Of a stretch of DNA of 64,000 nucleotides, positions 22,199 through 38,559 are shown in pieces. Within the stretch, counting starts at the first letter, position 1. Every line of letters starts with the position of its first letter. This DNA is from Kofleriaceae bacterium (GTDB taxonomy: Bacteria; Myxococcota_A; Polyangia; Haliangiales; Haliangiaceae), in NCBI GenBank assembly GCA_041389945.1, contig JAWKQW010000037.1, forward strand, positions 3,770 through 67,769, in the 5' to 3' direction. The notes beneath the pieces were generated by a model, which did not search any database, was not told where the DNA came from, and saw nothing but the letters and a program-made list of their open reading frames with translations. The translations under genes were made by a program, and so were the position numbers.

Positions 22199-23170
22199 GT
22201 GGCGACCACCCTCAAGCTCTACTTCCACGACGCCTGCTTCGACGGCACCGCGTCGGCGGCGCTGTTCTCGGCGTTCTACCGGGACATGATCGAGCCCGGC
22301 GTGCGGATCGAGCCTGTCGGTCTCATCCATCGCGACGGCGATCCCTTCGAGCAGGTGGTGCTCGACGGCGACGACCACGCCTGCGTCGACTTTCGGTTCT
22401 GCCCGCGGCCAGCCATGCGCTGGTGGTTCGACCACCACAAGACCGCCTTCCAGCCGGCGAGCCTGCGCGAGGTGTTCGAGGCCATCCCGCACGACACCCG
22501 CTTCTTCGACCCGGCGGCGCCGTCGTGCGCGGGACTCATCGCCCGGGTCACCACCACCGAGCTGGGCTGGCGGCTGCCGGCGCACCTCGCCGATCTGCCC
22601 GGCTGCGCCGACGTCATCGACGCGGCGCGCTTCGCCAGCGCCGACGAGGCGGTGGCGCTCACCACGCCGGGCCAGCAGCTCGCGCTGTGGATCGGCCGCA
22701 ACCAGGATCCGGTCGCGGCGACCCGCTACATCGAGCAGCTCTCGAAGGAGGGCATGGCCAGCCTGGCGGCGTCGCCGGCGCTGGCCGCCGACGTCCGCGC
22801 GCTGGCGGCGGAGCGCGAGCGGTTCCGTACCAAGCTCGTGGCGCTCGCCGGCGCGCACGCCGGCGGCGACGTCGTCGTGTTCGACCTGCTCGACCTCGAC
22901 GGCGCGGCGGCGCCCGGCTTCGTCGGCTACCAGCTCTTCCCGGCGGCGAGCTACACGATCTCGCTGGCCCGCGGCGCGCGCGCGATCAAGATCTCGGTCG
23001 GCTACAACCCGTGGTGCGGTCGGCCGCGGCGGCACGACATCGGCGCCCTGTGCGAGGCCGCCGGCGGCGGTGGCCACGCCGTGGTCGGCGGCGTCACCCT
23101 CGGCCTCGACGAGCAGGCGCGGGCCCGGGCGACCGCGGCGTCGCTGGTGGCGTCGCTCGCCGACGGGTAG
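22199..23170 (+). CDS. DHH/DHHA1-family phosphoesterase
   Basis: ORF 22124..23170. I prefer GTG 22199 (VATTLKLYFHDACFDG), because 22124 would abut the hemJ start with no promoter space. Motifs HDACFDG, FDHHKT, GGGGHAVVGG. Confidence 0.8.
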   Translation: MATTLKLYFHDACFDGTASAALFSAFYRDMIEPGVRIEPVGLIHRDGDPFEQVVLDGDDHACVDFRFCPRPAMRWWFDHHKTAFQPASLREVFEAIPHDTRFFDPAAPSCAGLIARVTTTELGWRLPAHLADLPGCADVIDAARFASADEAVALTTPGQQLALWIGRNQDPVAATRYIEQLSKEGMASLAASPALAADVRALAAERERFRTKLVALAGAHAGGDVVVFDLLDLDGAAAPGFVGYQLFPAASYTISLARGARAIKISVGYNPWCGRPRRHDIGALCEAAGGGGHAVVGGVTLGLDEQARARATAASLVASLADG

Positions 23171-23177
23171 CGCGGGC

Positions 23178-25767
<2,590 letters not shown>

Positions 25768-25871
25768 GGGCCGCGAGGGTAGCCGCGTTCGGTGCGCGCC
25801 GGCGACCCCCGGGGCTGCGACACCGCCGCCGTCGCACCTGTCGCGCCGACTTTGCTAAGGTGCCCCCCGGC

Positions 25872-27286
<1,415 letters not shown>

Positions 27287-27290
<4 letters not shown>

Positions 27291-28781
27291 CCGACGCGGC
27301 GCACGCGCGCCTGCCGCCGGTGCCGGAGCTCCTGGCACGGGCCTACGCGCCGGCGAGCTTCGCCGCCGACGGCCGCCGCGTGATCGAGGCCCTCGCCGGC
27401 GGGCTCGCCGAGGTGGCGGGGCGTGAGCGCGCGCAGGTCAGCACGACGGCGTCGACGGCCGCGCTGCGCGAGGCCTACCCGGCGACCTTCGCCGAGCACG
27501 GCCACGGCGATCTGGTCGGCGAGCTGGCGCGAGCCGTCGACGGCTCGATCCGGCTGCACCACCCGCGGGTCTTCGGCCACCAGGTGGCGCCGCCGCTGCC
27601 GGGCGCCGCCCTCGCCGAGCTGACCTCGGCGCTGCTCAACAACGGCATGGCGATCACCGAGATGGGCCCGGCCGCGTCGGCGATGGAGCACGCGGTGATC
27701 GGGTGGATGGCCGCGCAGCTCGGCTGGGCCGAGGGCGCCGGCGGCGTGCTCACCTCCGGCGGCTCGCTCGGCAACCTCACCGCGCTGCTCGCCGCGCGCC
27801 AGGCCCGCGCCGGCTACGACGCCTGGACCGAGCCGACCGCGGCCGGGCCGCCGCTGGCGGTGCTGACCTCGGCCGACGCCCACTACTCGGTGGCGCGCGC
27901 GGTCCGCATCCTCGGCTGGGGCGACGCCGGCGTCGTCCCGGTGGCGATCGACGCCCGGCACCGGCTGCGCCCGCGCGCCCTCGACGACGCGGCGGCGGCG
28001 GCCGCCGCCGCGGGCGTGCGGGTGGTCGCGATCGTCGCGGCGGCGGGCTCGACCGCGACCGGCGCCTTCGATCCGCTCGACGAGATCGCCGCGATCGCGG
28101 CGGCGCGCGGCCTGTGGCTGCACGTCGACGGTGCCCACGGCGCCAGCGTGGCGCTGTCGTCGCACCACCGCGCGCGCCTGCGCGGCATCGAGCGCGCCGA
28201 CTCGGTGGTGTGGGACGCCCACAAGCTGCTCCTGATGCCGGCGATGGCGACCGCGGTGCTCTACCGCGACGCCCGGGCCGGGCGCGGCGCCTTCGCCCAG
28301 CAGGCGGCGTATCTCTTCGGCGCCGACGCCGGCGGCGACGACGCCACGTGGGAGATCGGCCGCGGCACCTTCGAGTGCACCAAGCGCATGATCGCCCTGG
28401 CGCTGCACGCGACCCTGCGCACCCACGGCGTGGCGCTGTGGCGCGCCGCCATCGATCGGGTGATGGCCGCGGCCGCCGCGTTCGCGGAGCGCATCGAGCG
28501 CGCGCCCGACTTCGGAGCTGGCGCTGGCGCCCGAGAGCAACATCGTCTGCTACCGACACCTGCCGCCGGACGCCGACGCTCGCACGCCGGCGGCGCTCGA
28601 CGCCCACCAGCTCGCGCTGCGCGCGCGCGCGATCGCGTCGGGGCGCTGCTACGTGGTGACCACCCGCTTGCCGACCGGCGTGTACCTACGCTCGGCGCTG
28701 ATGAACCCGCTGGTCGAGGACGCCGACCTCGACGCCGTGCTCGACGAGCTGCGGGCGGCCGCGCGCGCCGAGCCGCGGTAG
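27287..28781 (+). pseudogene. PLP-dependent group II amino-acid decarboxylase; single frame switch near 28512
   Basis: ORF 27287..28879 (GTGA overlap with the activator gene): SGGSLGNLTALLAAR, HVDGAHG, WDAHKLLLMP. After ..ERIERAPDF the plausible text ELALAPESNIVCYRHLPPDA..YVVTTRLPTGVYLRSALMNPLVEDADLDAVLDELRAAARAEPR lies in the next frame and stops at TAG 28779-28781. Confidence 0.85.
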
Positions 28782-28794
28782 CCGCGCGGCGGCG

Positions 28795-29613
28795 TCAGCG
28801 CGACGCGACCCGGCGCAGCCGCATGGCGTGCAGCCGGGTGAGCAGGCGCGCGCGCTCCGAGCTGCGCGGCTCGCGGTAGTGCACGTGGGCGCGGGCGGCC
28901 ACCGTCGGCAGCGCCGGGAGCGGCTCGAGCCCAGCCCCGGCCAGCGCGGTGACCAGCCGCGCCTCGGTGGCGGGCTCGTCGGAGGTCCACACCAGCGTCT
29001 TGTGCTCGGTCAGCCGCAGCGTGCTGCGCTCGGCGCGCACGTACAGCGCCACGTCGACGTGGCCGTTGCCGAGCAGCTCGCGATCGTGATCGTCGAGGAA
29101 GCGCATCGCCTTGCGGGCGTCGAGCCGCGGCGTGAGCCAGACCTCGTCGGCGCCGCCGGCGCCGTCGTAGTGCCCGCGCACGGTCAGCTCGATGTTGTCG
29201 ATCGCCGGCAGGGCCTCGGCGAGGCTGAGGAACAGCTCCACGGTGCGGGCGCCGTCGGCCTGGGCCTCGAGCACCAGCGCCGGCGCCGGGTGCCGGGTCC
29301 AGCCGAGCACCGGCGGCGGCGGCCGCGGCGCGTCGACCTCCCAGGTCGGCAGGACGCCGGCGGGCCAGCGCGCGCCGACGGCGGCGGGGGCGGCGCCGGC
29401 CTCCGGCGCGTCGGGCAGCGCGACCAGGCCCTTGCCGATCGACTCGCCGAGCGGCACCAGATCGGGCCGCAGCGGGGTGGCCGCGATCGCCACCGCGCGC
29501 GGGTGTCGTCGCGTGACCTGGTCGAGGGCGGCGCCCAGGTGTGGCGCCGATGCCGCCACCTGGCGCAGGCGCCCGTCGTCGATCACGGCGATCCGGTACC
29601 AGCGTGCCAGCAC
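28795..29613 (-). CDS. Hypothetical protein (272 aa)
   Basis: C-terminal part of ORF 28795..30780, GTG 29613 just after the upstream stop: LARWYRIAVIDDGRLRQV...RFLDDHDRELLGNGHVDVALYVRAERSTLRLTEHKTLVW. Balanced composition. No motif recognised. Confidence 0.6.
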   Translation of the reverse strand: MLARWYRIAVIDDGRLRQVAASAPHLGAALDQVTRRHPRAVAIAATPLRPDLVPLGESIGKGLVALPDAPEAGAAPAAVGARWPAGVLPTWEVDAPRPPPPVLGWTRHPAPALVLEAQADGARTVELFLSLAEALPAIDNIELTVRGHYDGAGGADEVWLTPRLDARKAMRFLDDHDRELLGNGHVDVALYVRAERSTLRLTEHKTLVWTSDEPATEARLVTALAGAGLEPLPALPTVAARAHVHYREPRSSERARLLTRLHAMRLRRVASR

Positions 29614-29615
29614 GA

Positions 29616-30839
29616 TCAGTCCTTCACCGGCAGGTCGAGCTGCACGAAGACCACCGACACCTTGCCGTTGATCAGCCCGCCGATCGGCGCCGCCACCGGA
29701 GGCACGGGACCGCCGACGCTCCAGCTCGCGAGGAACGGCGCGTCGAGGCTGACGAACATGCCGGAGCTGGTGGTGGTCGTGCCGGCGGTCAGCGCGGTGC
29801 CGCTGGCGTCGAGGAACCGCACGGTGCCCGACGACGCCGTGATCGCGACGCCGCTGGCCGGGATCCCGAGGTGGGTCACCACCATGCCGAGCACGAGGCC
29901 GGTCGACGGGAAGCTCGCGAGGCCCAGCGCGTCGAGGACGTCGTCGACGGTGCTCCGCGCCACCCGGTAGCCCGTGAGCGCGACCTGGGGCGCGCCCGCC
30001 TCGATCCGGCGACAGGCGATCGCGGTGGTGGCCTGGGGCGTGTCCTCGAGCACCTGGGCGCAGGCGTGGGTGTCGAACAGGGTGTCGATCTCGCCCTGCC
30101 ACGCCGGCACCGGCGCGATCGTGGTCTGCGGCAGCGGGAACGCCGACGCCGGATCGAGCGAGTAGCGCAGCTGCTGGGTGATCGGATCGAGCCGCGCGGT
30201 CGGCTCGCCGGTCGACACCGACAGGGTGGCCGCGGTCGCTGGATCGACCACCACGCGGGTGTCGAGGTCGGTCACGCCGACGGACACCTCGGTGCTGTCG
30301 ATGGGGCTGCAGCTGTCGTCGGCGAGCTGGCCGAGGTCGGTGCAGCCGAGCTCGACCACGACCTGGCCGTCGCCGCCCTCGGTGAAGGCGCGGCCGCCGA
30401 GCGCCGGGCCCGGATCGACGAGCACCGGGAAGCCGTCGGCGCCGAAGCGCGGGTTCGACGGGCAGTGCAGCACGCCCTCGTCGTCGACGGTGGCCGCGCT
30501 GCGCGGGTAGACCGCGATCTGGATCTCGACCCGGCCGGTGGGGACCTCGAGGCCGGCCGGCAGATCGTCGCGCGAGATCTCGCACAGCGTGCGCGGACGA
30601 TCGACGGGCAGGCACGCCGACACGTAGGCCTGGGTCGGATCGTCGGGGTCGACCACGCGGATCTGGAGCACGGCGTCGCAGCTGATCTCGATGTCGGCGC
30701 ACGACGTGCTCGGGCAGCGCTGGGTCGCGGAGTCGGTGAGCTCGTACCGGATCTGCAGCGGCGTCGGCGGATCGTCGCACCCGGCGCCGGCGGTGGCCGC
30801 GACCAGCCCGACCAGCATCGCCCTCGCGCGCGCCCTCAT
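29616..30839 (-). CDS. Cys-rich lipoprotein of unknown function
   Basis: ORF 29616..30971, ATG 30839 ([25 protein letters not shown]). ATGA overlap with the upstream gene. Confidence 0.7.
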   Translation of the reverse strand: MRARARAMLVGLVAATAGAGCDDPPTPLQIRYELTDSATQRCPSTSCADIEISCDAVLQIRVVDPDDPTQAYVSACLPVDRPRTLCEISRDDLPAGLEVPTGRVEIQIAVYPRSAATVDDEGVLHCPSNPRFGADGFPVLVDPGPALGGRAFTEGGDGQVVVELGCTDLGQLADDSCSPIDSTEVSVGVTDLDTRVVVDPATAATLSVSTGEPTARLDPITQQLRYSLDPASAFPLPQTTIAPVPAWQGEIDTLFDTHACAQVLEDTPQATTAIACRRIEAGAPQVALTGYRVARSTVDDVLDALGLASFPSTGLVLGMVVTHLGIPASGVAITASSGTVRFLDASGTALTAGTTTTSSGMFVSLDAPFLASWSVGGPVPPVAAPIGGLINGKVSVVFVQLDLPVKD

Positions 30840-32107
30840 CGCTCGGGGAACCCCTGCTCGGGATCGAGCGGTCGCATGGTGTCGTCGCCGGCGCTGAGCG
30901 CCACCGAGGTCAACGCCACCGCGATCACCGCGCCGGCGATGGCGGCCTGCACCGACCGGCGCCGCCACCACGGCGTCGCCGGTGGCGGCGGCGGCGGCAC
31001 CGGCGTCGGATCGACGGGGTCCGGCGGCGGCAACAGCGGCGCCAGCAGCTCGGCCGGATCGCGCCCGTCGACGGGCTCGATCGGGCCGAACCCCGGCGCG
31101 CGATCACGCCAGCGCTGCACGGTCAGCGCGCCGCTGCCATTTCGGGCCAGCACCAGCGCGTCGGTCGCGCCGCTGAGCGCGGCGATCTTGCCGACGGCGG
31201 CGGCGCGCGCGGCCTGATCGGGCGCGGCGATGAGCGTGCGGCGCGCGCGCGCCACCTGCACCGCCAGCGGCGCCGGCGCCGCGGCGATGGGGACCGCGGC
31301 GACGCCGTCGGCGGGCACCCGGATCCTGGCGCCGCGCGGCAGGCGCTCGGGCCCGTAGACGACCACGACGTGGGCGCCGGCGTCGGCCGCGACCAAGAGC
31401 GGCGCCCGCCCGCGGGCGCGCCCATCGATCCACACGGTGCCGTCGCCTTCGACGGAGATGGCGCCGGTGCCGCGCGGGCTGGCGGCATCGCGGTAGGCCG
31501 CGATCACCTCGGGCGCGAACACCGCCGGATCGAGCACGCGCTCCGGTTGCAGCGCATGCGCGAGCCCCAGCGCCTCCCGGGCGTCGCCGCCGCCGGGCGC
31601 GGCGAGCTGGGCCAGGCCCTCGGTGAACGCGAGCTCGGTGAGCAGCAGCGTGGTGGTCGGCGTCGGCGCCACGGTCAGGAGCTGCGACGCGCCGAGCTGG
31701 GCCTGGGCGATGGCGGCGTTGGCCTCGAAGCGGGCGAGGTGCTCCTGGGCGCCGGCGAGGGCCCGGCCGGCGGCGGCGATCGCCGCGGCGTCCTCCTCGG
31801 GCCGCGCCCCGACCCGGGCCGCCGCCACCGCCGGATCACCGACCCCGGCGAGGCCGCGCGCGCGGGCGACCGCCGCCGCCAGCGCGTTGGCCAGCCGGGC
31901 GCTGTCCTCGCCGCCGCCGAGCTCGACGATCGCCACGGTCCGCTGGCTCGGTCCGACCGCCGGCGGCGTCAGGATCGCCGTCGGCGTCGACGGCGCGGCC
32001 GCCTCCGCCGGGGCGTCCGGCGCCGCGCGCGCCAGCCCGGCGTCGGCCAGCAGGGCCGCCGCCGACAAGGCGACGGCGAGGCCGCCGAGGACGCGTGACA
32101 TGGGCAT
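30836..32107 (-). CDS. Secreted Ala-rich protein with a PEGA-like segment, Pro-rich spacer and C-terminal TM anchor
   Basis: C-terminal part of ORF 30836..34696, ATG 32107 ([28 protein letters not shown]). ..[17 protein letters not shown].., [45 protein letters not shown]. Confidence 0.65.
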   Translation of the reverse strand: MPMSRVLGGLAVALSAAALLADAGLARAAPDAPAEAAAPSTPTAILTPPAVGPSQRTVAIVELGGGEDSARLANALAAAVARARGLAGVGDPAVAAARVGARPEEDAAAIAAAGRALAGAQEHLARFEANAAIAQAQLGASQLLTVAPTPTTTLLLTELAFTEGLAQLAAPGGGDAREALGLAHALQPERVLDPAVFAPEVIAAYRDAASPRGTGAISVEGDGTVWIDGRARGRAPLLVAADAGAHVVVVYGPERLPRGARIRVPADGVAAVPIAAAPAPLAVQVARARRTLIAAPDQAARAAAVGKIAALSGATDALVLARNGSGALTVQRWRDRAPGFGPIEPVDGRDPAELLAPLLPPPDPVDPTPVPPPPPPATPWWRRRSVQAAIAGAVIAVALTSVALSAGDDTMRPLDPEQGFPER

Positions 32108-32128
32108 AGTATAGGCGGTCCCGCGACC

Positions 32129-34321
<2,193 letters not shown>

Positions 34322-34332
34322 TCCCTCCCGCG

Positions 34333-34366
34333 CCCGTGCTTCTCCCGTGCCCGTGCCCGTGCCCGT
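34333..34366. repeat. Intergenic (CCCGTG)n hexamer tract, reverse complement of GGGCAC
   Basis: cccgtgcttctcccgtgcccgtgcccgtgcccgt lies between the convergent kinase and ferredoxin genes. Its reverse complement resembles the CDF gene segment gggcacgggcacggagagaagagcgggcac. Confidence 0.8.
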
Positions 34367-34421
34367 TCTGGGGCGCACCGCAGCCGAGCTGCTTGCCCTC
34401 CGCAGCACAGCTAGCGAACCG

Positions 34422-34721
34422 CTAGCGACGCACGCGGCGCGCCACCGGCTCGACGACGACGTCGCCGTGGACCTGAGCGCGGCACGCCAGGCGCACCTTG
34501 GTGAGGTGGTAGACGTTGCCCAGGTGCTTGCGATCCTCGTCGGACAGCGGCGAGAGATGATCGGCGCCTTCGAGCACGCGGACCCGGCACAGGCCGCAGG
34601 TGCCCTTGCCCACGCACGCGGTCTCGATGCCGGCGGCGATCCGCAGGCCGGCGTCGAACACGGTCTGGCCGGCGGGCAGCTCGACCACCGCGCCACCCGG
34701 GCGGAAGGTCACCGTGGGCAC
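34422..34721 (-). CDS. Plant-type [2Fe-2S] ferredoxin-like protein
   Basis: ORF 34422..34853, with GTG 34721 preferred (VPTVTFRPGGAVV). Cys pattern C-x4-C-x2-C...C (ACVGKGTCGLCRV ... LACRAQV). Confidence 0.72.
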   Translation of the reverse strand: MPTVTFRPGGAVVELPAGQTVFDAGLRIAAGIETACVGKGTCGLCRVRVLEGADHLSPLSDEDRKHLGNVYHLTKVRLACRAQVHGDVVVEPVARRVRR

Positions 34722-34855
34722 GCCGCCGGATAGCACAGGTCGTCGCGCCGGCGGGCCCGCGTCGCGGCCGCTTTGGTCGGCCCCGGGATGGCGGCGGTCA
34801 CGCTGCCGCCCTTCGCCGTCGGGTTGGGCTTGTGAGATCGCGAGGTCCGACAATA

Positions 34856-36520
34856 ATGACGGTCATGACGCAGGCGGCACCCCCGGTGGTCGGCGAGCTC
34901 GGGCGTGGCCGCTGGTGGCGGCGCGCGATCGCCTCCGCCCTCGCCGGCGCGCTGCTCGGCGTGGGCACGCCGGCTCGCGCCGACGACGAGCCCGGGCTGT
35001 GCCGGGTGGTGGAGGTCGCGTTCGTGCCCGCCGCCGACCTGCAGATCGTGGCGTGGCTCGAGGACGCCGCCGGCAACTACGTCGACACCATCTACATCAC
35101 CCACGCCGTCGGCACCTTCGGCCTCGGCAACCGCCCGGGCATGCTCGAGTTCAACAGCGGCCCGGCCTGGCCCTACGGCCGCCGCGAGCAGGTGTTCCCG
35201 GTGTGGGCCCACCGCCACGGCCACGTGTTCCCGCGGGTCGACTTCCAGAACGGCGACGATCGCAACCTCAGCCATCCGTTCACGCAGTCGTCGGTGGAGC
35301 ACCACTACTGCCGGCCGATCGCGCCCGAGGAGCCGATGTGGGACGCCGGCACCTGCGCGTCGGCCGTGTACACCGACAAGGGCGTGCTGTCGGAGCTCGA
35401 CACCAGCGTGTACCCGCCGCGGGTCGACGTGTTCCCCGAGGGCGAGCGCGATCATCCGTCGGTGGCGATGTTCCGCTCGCTCAACCCGTTCGACGCGGTC
35501 TCGCAGGCGACGCCGGCGGGTGACGTGCCGGTGGCGCTGAGCTGGGCGATCCCGTCGGATCTGCCGCCGGGCGACTACCGGCTCCTGGTCGAGGTGTCGA
35601 AGGAGTTCGACATGAACGAGACCTACAACGAGGTCTCGTATCCGGAGCCGGTCGACATCTCGTGGGCGTCCTTCGGCGCGCCGTATCGCGGCCAGCCGTC
35701 GGTGGTCTACCAGGTGCCCTTCGAGCTCGGCGAGGTCGCGGTGACCGCGAGCACCGACGCCTACGCCGGCTACGGCGATCCCGACGGCCAGGACGGCGAG
35801 CTGCGGGTGCCCGACGCCACCATCACCGTCGACGTGCCCGGCTCCGGCGCGGCCCGGCTGGCGCTGACCGCGTCGGCGGGCGGGACCTACCGGCTGGCGG
35901 TGACCGCGCGGCCCGAGGTCGACGAGATCGCACCCGGGCACATCGACGATCTGTCGGTGGCCGCCGTCGATCACGCCACCGCGACGGTGACGTTCTCGGC
36001 GCCCGGCGAGGACGGCGCCGAGGGCCGGGTCGCCGGCTACGACATCCGCTACCGCGCCGACGGCCCGGTCACCGACGAGAACTTCGAGAGCTCGACGCCG
36101 ATCTCCGACGGCGTGGTGCCCGAGCTGCCCGGCGAGCTGCAGAGCTTCGAGCTGGCGGGGCTGCTGCCCGAGACCACCTACCACGTCGGCGTCCGCGCCT
36201 ACGACGCCTGCCGCAACCAGGGCGCGCTCGCGCAGCTCGTGGTGGAGACCACCGCGCGCATCACCGGCGAGGTCGACGCCTGCTTCGTGGCGACCGCGGC
36301 CTACGGCTCGCCGATGGCCGGCGACGTCGAGCTCTTGCGCCAGTTCCGCGACGGGTTCCTCGAGCAGACCGTGCTCGGCCAGCTCGCGGTCGAGGCGTAC
36401 TACACGTTCGGGCCGGCCGCGGCCGGCGTCATCGCCGAGAGCGAGCTGCTGCGCGAGACCGCGCGAGCGGCGCTGGCGCCGGTGGTCGCGCGGGTGCGCG
36501 ACCTCGCGTACCCGGAGTAG
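34856..36520 (+). CDS. Secreted protein with a fibronectin-III-like domain and a CFxxTAAYGS..LRxFRD C-terminal module
   Basis: ORF 34832..36520, ATG 34856 preferred. Arg-rich signal GRGRWWRRAIASALAGALLG. FN3-like ATVTFSAPGEDGAEGRVAGYDIRY..TYHVGVRAYD. Tail CFVATAAYGSPMAGDVELLRQFRDGFL. Confidence 0.85.
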   Translation: MTVMTQAAPPVVGELGRGRWWRRAIASALAGALLGVGTPARADDEPGLCRVVEVAFVPAADLQIVAWLEDAAGNYVDTIYITHAVGTFGLGNRPGMLEFNSGPAWPYGRREQVFPVWAHRHGHVFPRVDFQNGDDRNLSHPFTQSSVEHHYCRPIAPEEPMWDAGTCASAVYTDKGVLSELDTSVYPPRVDVFPEGERDHPSVAMFRSLNPFDAVSQATPAGDVPVALSWAIPSDLPPGDYRLLVEVSKEFDMNETYNEVSYPEPVDISWASFGAPYRGQPSVVYQVPFELGEVAVTASTDAYAGYGDPDGQDGELRVPDATITVDVPGSGAARLALTASAGGTYRLAVTARPEVDEIAPGHIDDLSVAAVDHATATVTFSAPGEDGAEGRVAGYDIRYRADGPVTDENFESSTPISDGVVPELPGELQSFELAGLLPETTYHVGVRAYDACRNQGALAQLVVETTARITGEVDACFVATAAYGSPMAGDVELLRQFRDGFLEQTVLGQLAVEAYYTFGPAAAGVIAESELLRETARAALAPVVARVRDLAYPE

Positions 36521-36543
36521 CGACGGCGCCGGGCCGGCCGCGG

Positions 36544-37086
36544 CTACGGCGGCGGCGCGACCGCGATCTCGCCGACGAGCGTCATCGCGAGCTCGTCGAC
36601 GGCGGCGCCGCAGGTGCGGGTGACGGTGACGGTGCCGTCGAGGGTCAGCGCGAAGCCGGCCGGGCCGGCGCCGTCGTCGCAGGCGCCCGCGGCGGTGGCG
36701 GTGCCGGTCGGTGCGCTGGTCCCGGCCAACGAGAGGGTGCAGCCGTCGACGGTGGCCGACGCGTCGATGACCTGCACCTCGGTGCCGAGGGCGCGCGCGC
36801 CGGCGCCGAGCAGGTCGGGGCGCGGCACGCAGAAGGTGAGCGGCGCGGCGCCGCCGGCCTGGGTGCCGGCGATGGTGAGGCTCACCACCCCGGCGGGCGC
36901 GTCGGGCGCCGGGCAGTCGTTGTTGGCGCCGGCGACGAGGCCGGCGTAGCGCACCTCGAGGCCGTCGCCGGCGAGCACCAGGCCGTCGGCGGGTGCCGAC
37001 CCCGGGCCGCAGGCGTCGTCGTCGCCGCAGGCGGTCGCGCCCAGCACGGTGGCGGCGGCGAGCAGGAGCGCGGGCGTGACCGTCAT
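36544..37086 (-). CDS. Small Cys-containing lipoprotein
   Basis: C-terminal part of ORF 36544..38934, ATG 37086 (MTVTPALLLAAATVLGATACGDDD). ATGA overlap with the DUF3570 gene. Confidence 0.7.
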   Translation of the reverse strand: MTVTPALLLAAATVLGATACGDDDACGPGSAPADGLVLAGDGLEVRYAGLVAGANNDCPAPDAPAGVVSLTIAGTQAGGAAPLTFCVPRPDLLGAGARALGTEVQVIDASATVDGCTLSLAGTSAPTGTATAAGACDDGAGPAGFALTLDGTVTVTRTCGAAVDELAMTLVGEIAVAPPP

Positions 37087-38164
37087 CGCTCCACCGGGAC
37101 GGTGAGCGCGGCCATCGCGACCACGGCGTTGCCGAACGCGTTGCCCTGCAGCACGTACTGCAGGATGACCTCGACCCGGGCCTCGGCCCAGCGATCCTCT
37201 GCGCCGAACGCCTCGCCGCGCACCGCCAGCCGTGACTCGAGCGTGTGCGACGTGAACGCCGACAGCTTCAGATCGTCGCTGAGGTACGGCTCGATCTCCG
37301 GCGCGGTCACCTGGTACTGCGCCTCGTAGAAGTCGGCGGCGTCCTGCACGTGCAGGCGATAGCGGGCGCCGAACTCGACGGCGTCGCCGGCGCCCTGGAC
37401 CCAGCGCAGCTCCGGGGTGTGGGCGTGGACGCCCCAGTCGTCGGCGTAGAACCGGTAGCTGCCGATCCAGGTCGAGCCGGTCGAGCGCCAGTACCAGCGG
37501 CCGCTGGCGGCGATCGCGTGGCGCATGCGCTCGTCGGGGTGACGCTCCGGCGCGGTGCCGCCGGTGGCGACCACGATGCGATACGGGTTCTGCAGGTAGC
37601 CGCGCTGGTAGCCGAGATCGTAGGTGAGCGAGGCGAGCGCGGTCTCCGAGAGGATCTGGGTGGCCGACAGCGACAGCAACCCGGCGTCGACGTCGCCGTC
37701 GATCGCGGCCGCGGAACGGCCTCATGCCGGAGGGGCGGCGATTGCCGTCGTGGCTGACGCCGAGGCGCCGCCCCGACGACGAAGCTGTCTCGGCCAGCGC
37801 GAGCTGGGTCAGGGCCAGGCGAACACCGAGCGCGGTCGGGCTCGGTCGAGTGTCCGGCGCGCTGCCGAGCCGCCAGCGACCGCGCTCGCGGGTGTAGCCG
37901 GCGCCGACCTCGTGCGGCGCTCGGTGAACGCGGTGCCATCGGCGCCGGTCGCCGCCGACGCCGAGGTGACAAGGTTGGACCAGAGGTGGTGCCGGTCGAC
38001 GGTGCCGGCCTCGCCGACGGCGACGTTGCCGCCGAGCATCGGCTGGATCACCCGGGTCGCGCGCTCCTTGTAGCAGATGCCGCGCAGGCCAGGTGATCTC
38101 GGCGCTGGCGGGCGGCCGCTGCCGTGACCGCCACGGCCAGCAGAGCGCGAGCCTGAAGCCGTGG
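37083..38164 (-). pseudogene. DUF3570-family beta-barrel protein; several frame switches in the N-terminal two thirds
   Basis: Intact C-terminus in ORF 37083..37679 (LSLSATQILSETALASLTYDLGYQRGYLQNPYRIV...). N-terminal pieces lie in other frames: RLQARALLAVAVTAAAA (signal peptide), GICYKERATRVIQPMLGGNVAVGEAGTVDRHHLWSNLVTSASAATGADGTAFTE, HEVGAGYTRERGRWRLG. Confidence 0.7.
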
Positions 38165-38378
38165 ATCCGCAGCCGCCCGGCTCGCCGGTGCCGCCGTCGG
38201 CGACTTTCGCGGAGCCGGTCCGCGCTGATCGTACACGCCGCCTGCCGGCGTCGCGATCCTCGGTCATCGAGCGCCGCGCCAGATCCTGGCGCGCCGCACC
38301 ACGGCGCACGAGCTGGCGGCGACCGCGGCGCCAGGGCCAGCGGCAGTGGCCGCCGGGAGCGACGAGCAAGGGTGACAT
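38161..38378 (-). pseudogene. Probable DUF4266 small lipoprotein remnant
   Basis: ATG 38378 (MSPLLVA..). Fragments in three frames: ..LPLALA..SSCAVV.., ..QDLARRSM.., VYDQR, GSAKVADGGTGEPGGCG (the family ends in GGCGCN). It sits in the usual position directly upstream of DUF3570. Weak call. Confidence 0.35.
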
Positions 38379-38559
38379 GGCGGCGACCGCGGTACCGCCG
38401 AACCACGAGCCGCCGTGGTCGCGGCCCTCGACGACGCGGCACCGCCGGCGTGGACACCTCCTCATCGATCTTCGTCCCTTCGCCCTCTCGCTGCTCCCGC
38501 TGGCCGCTCGTGGTGGAGGCCGCACCACCAGCACCACCACCGGGCCCGACCGGCACCGG

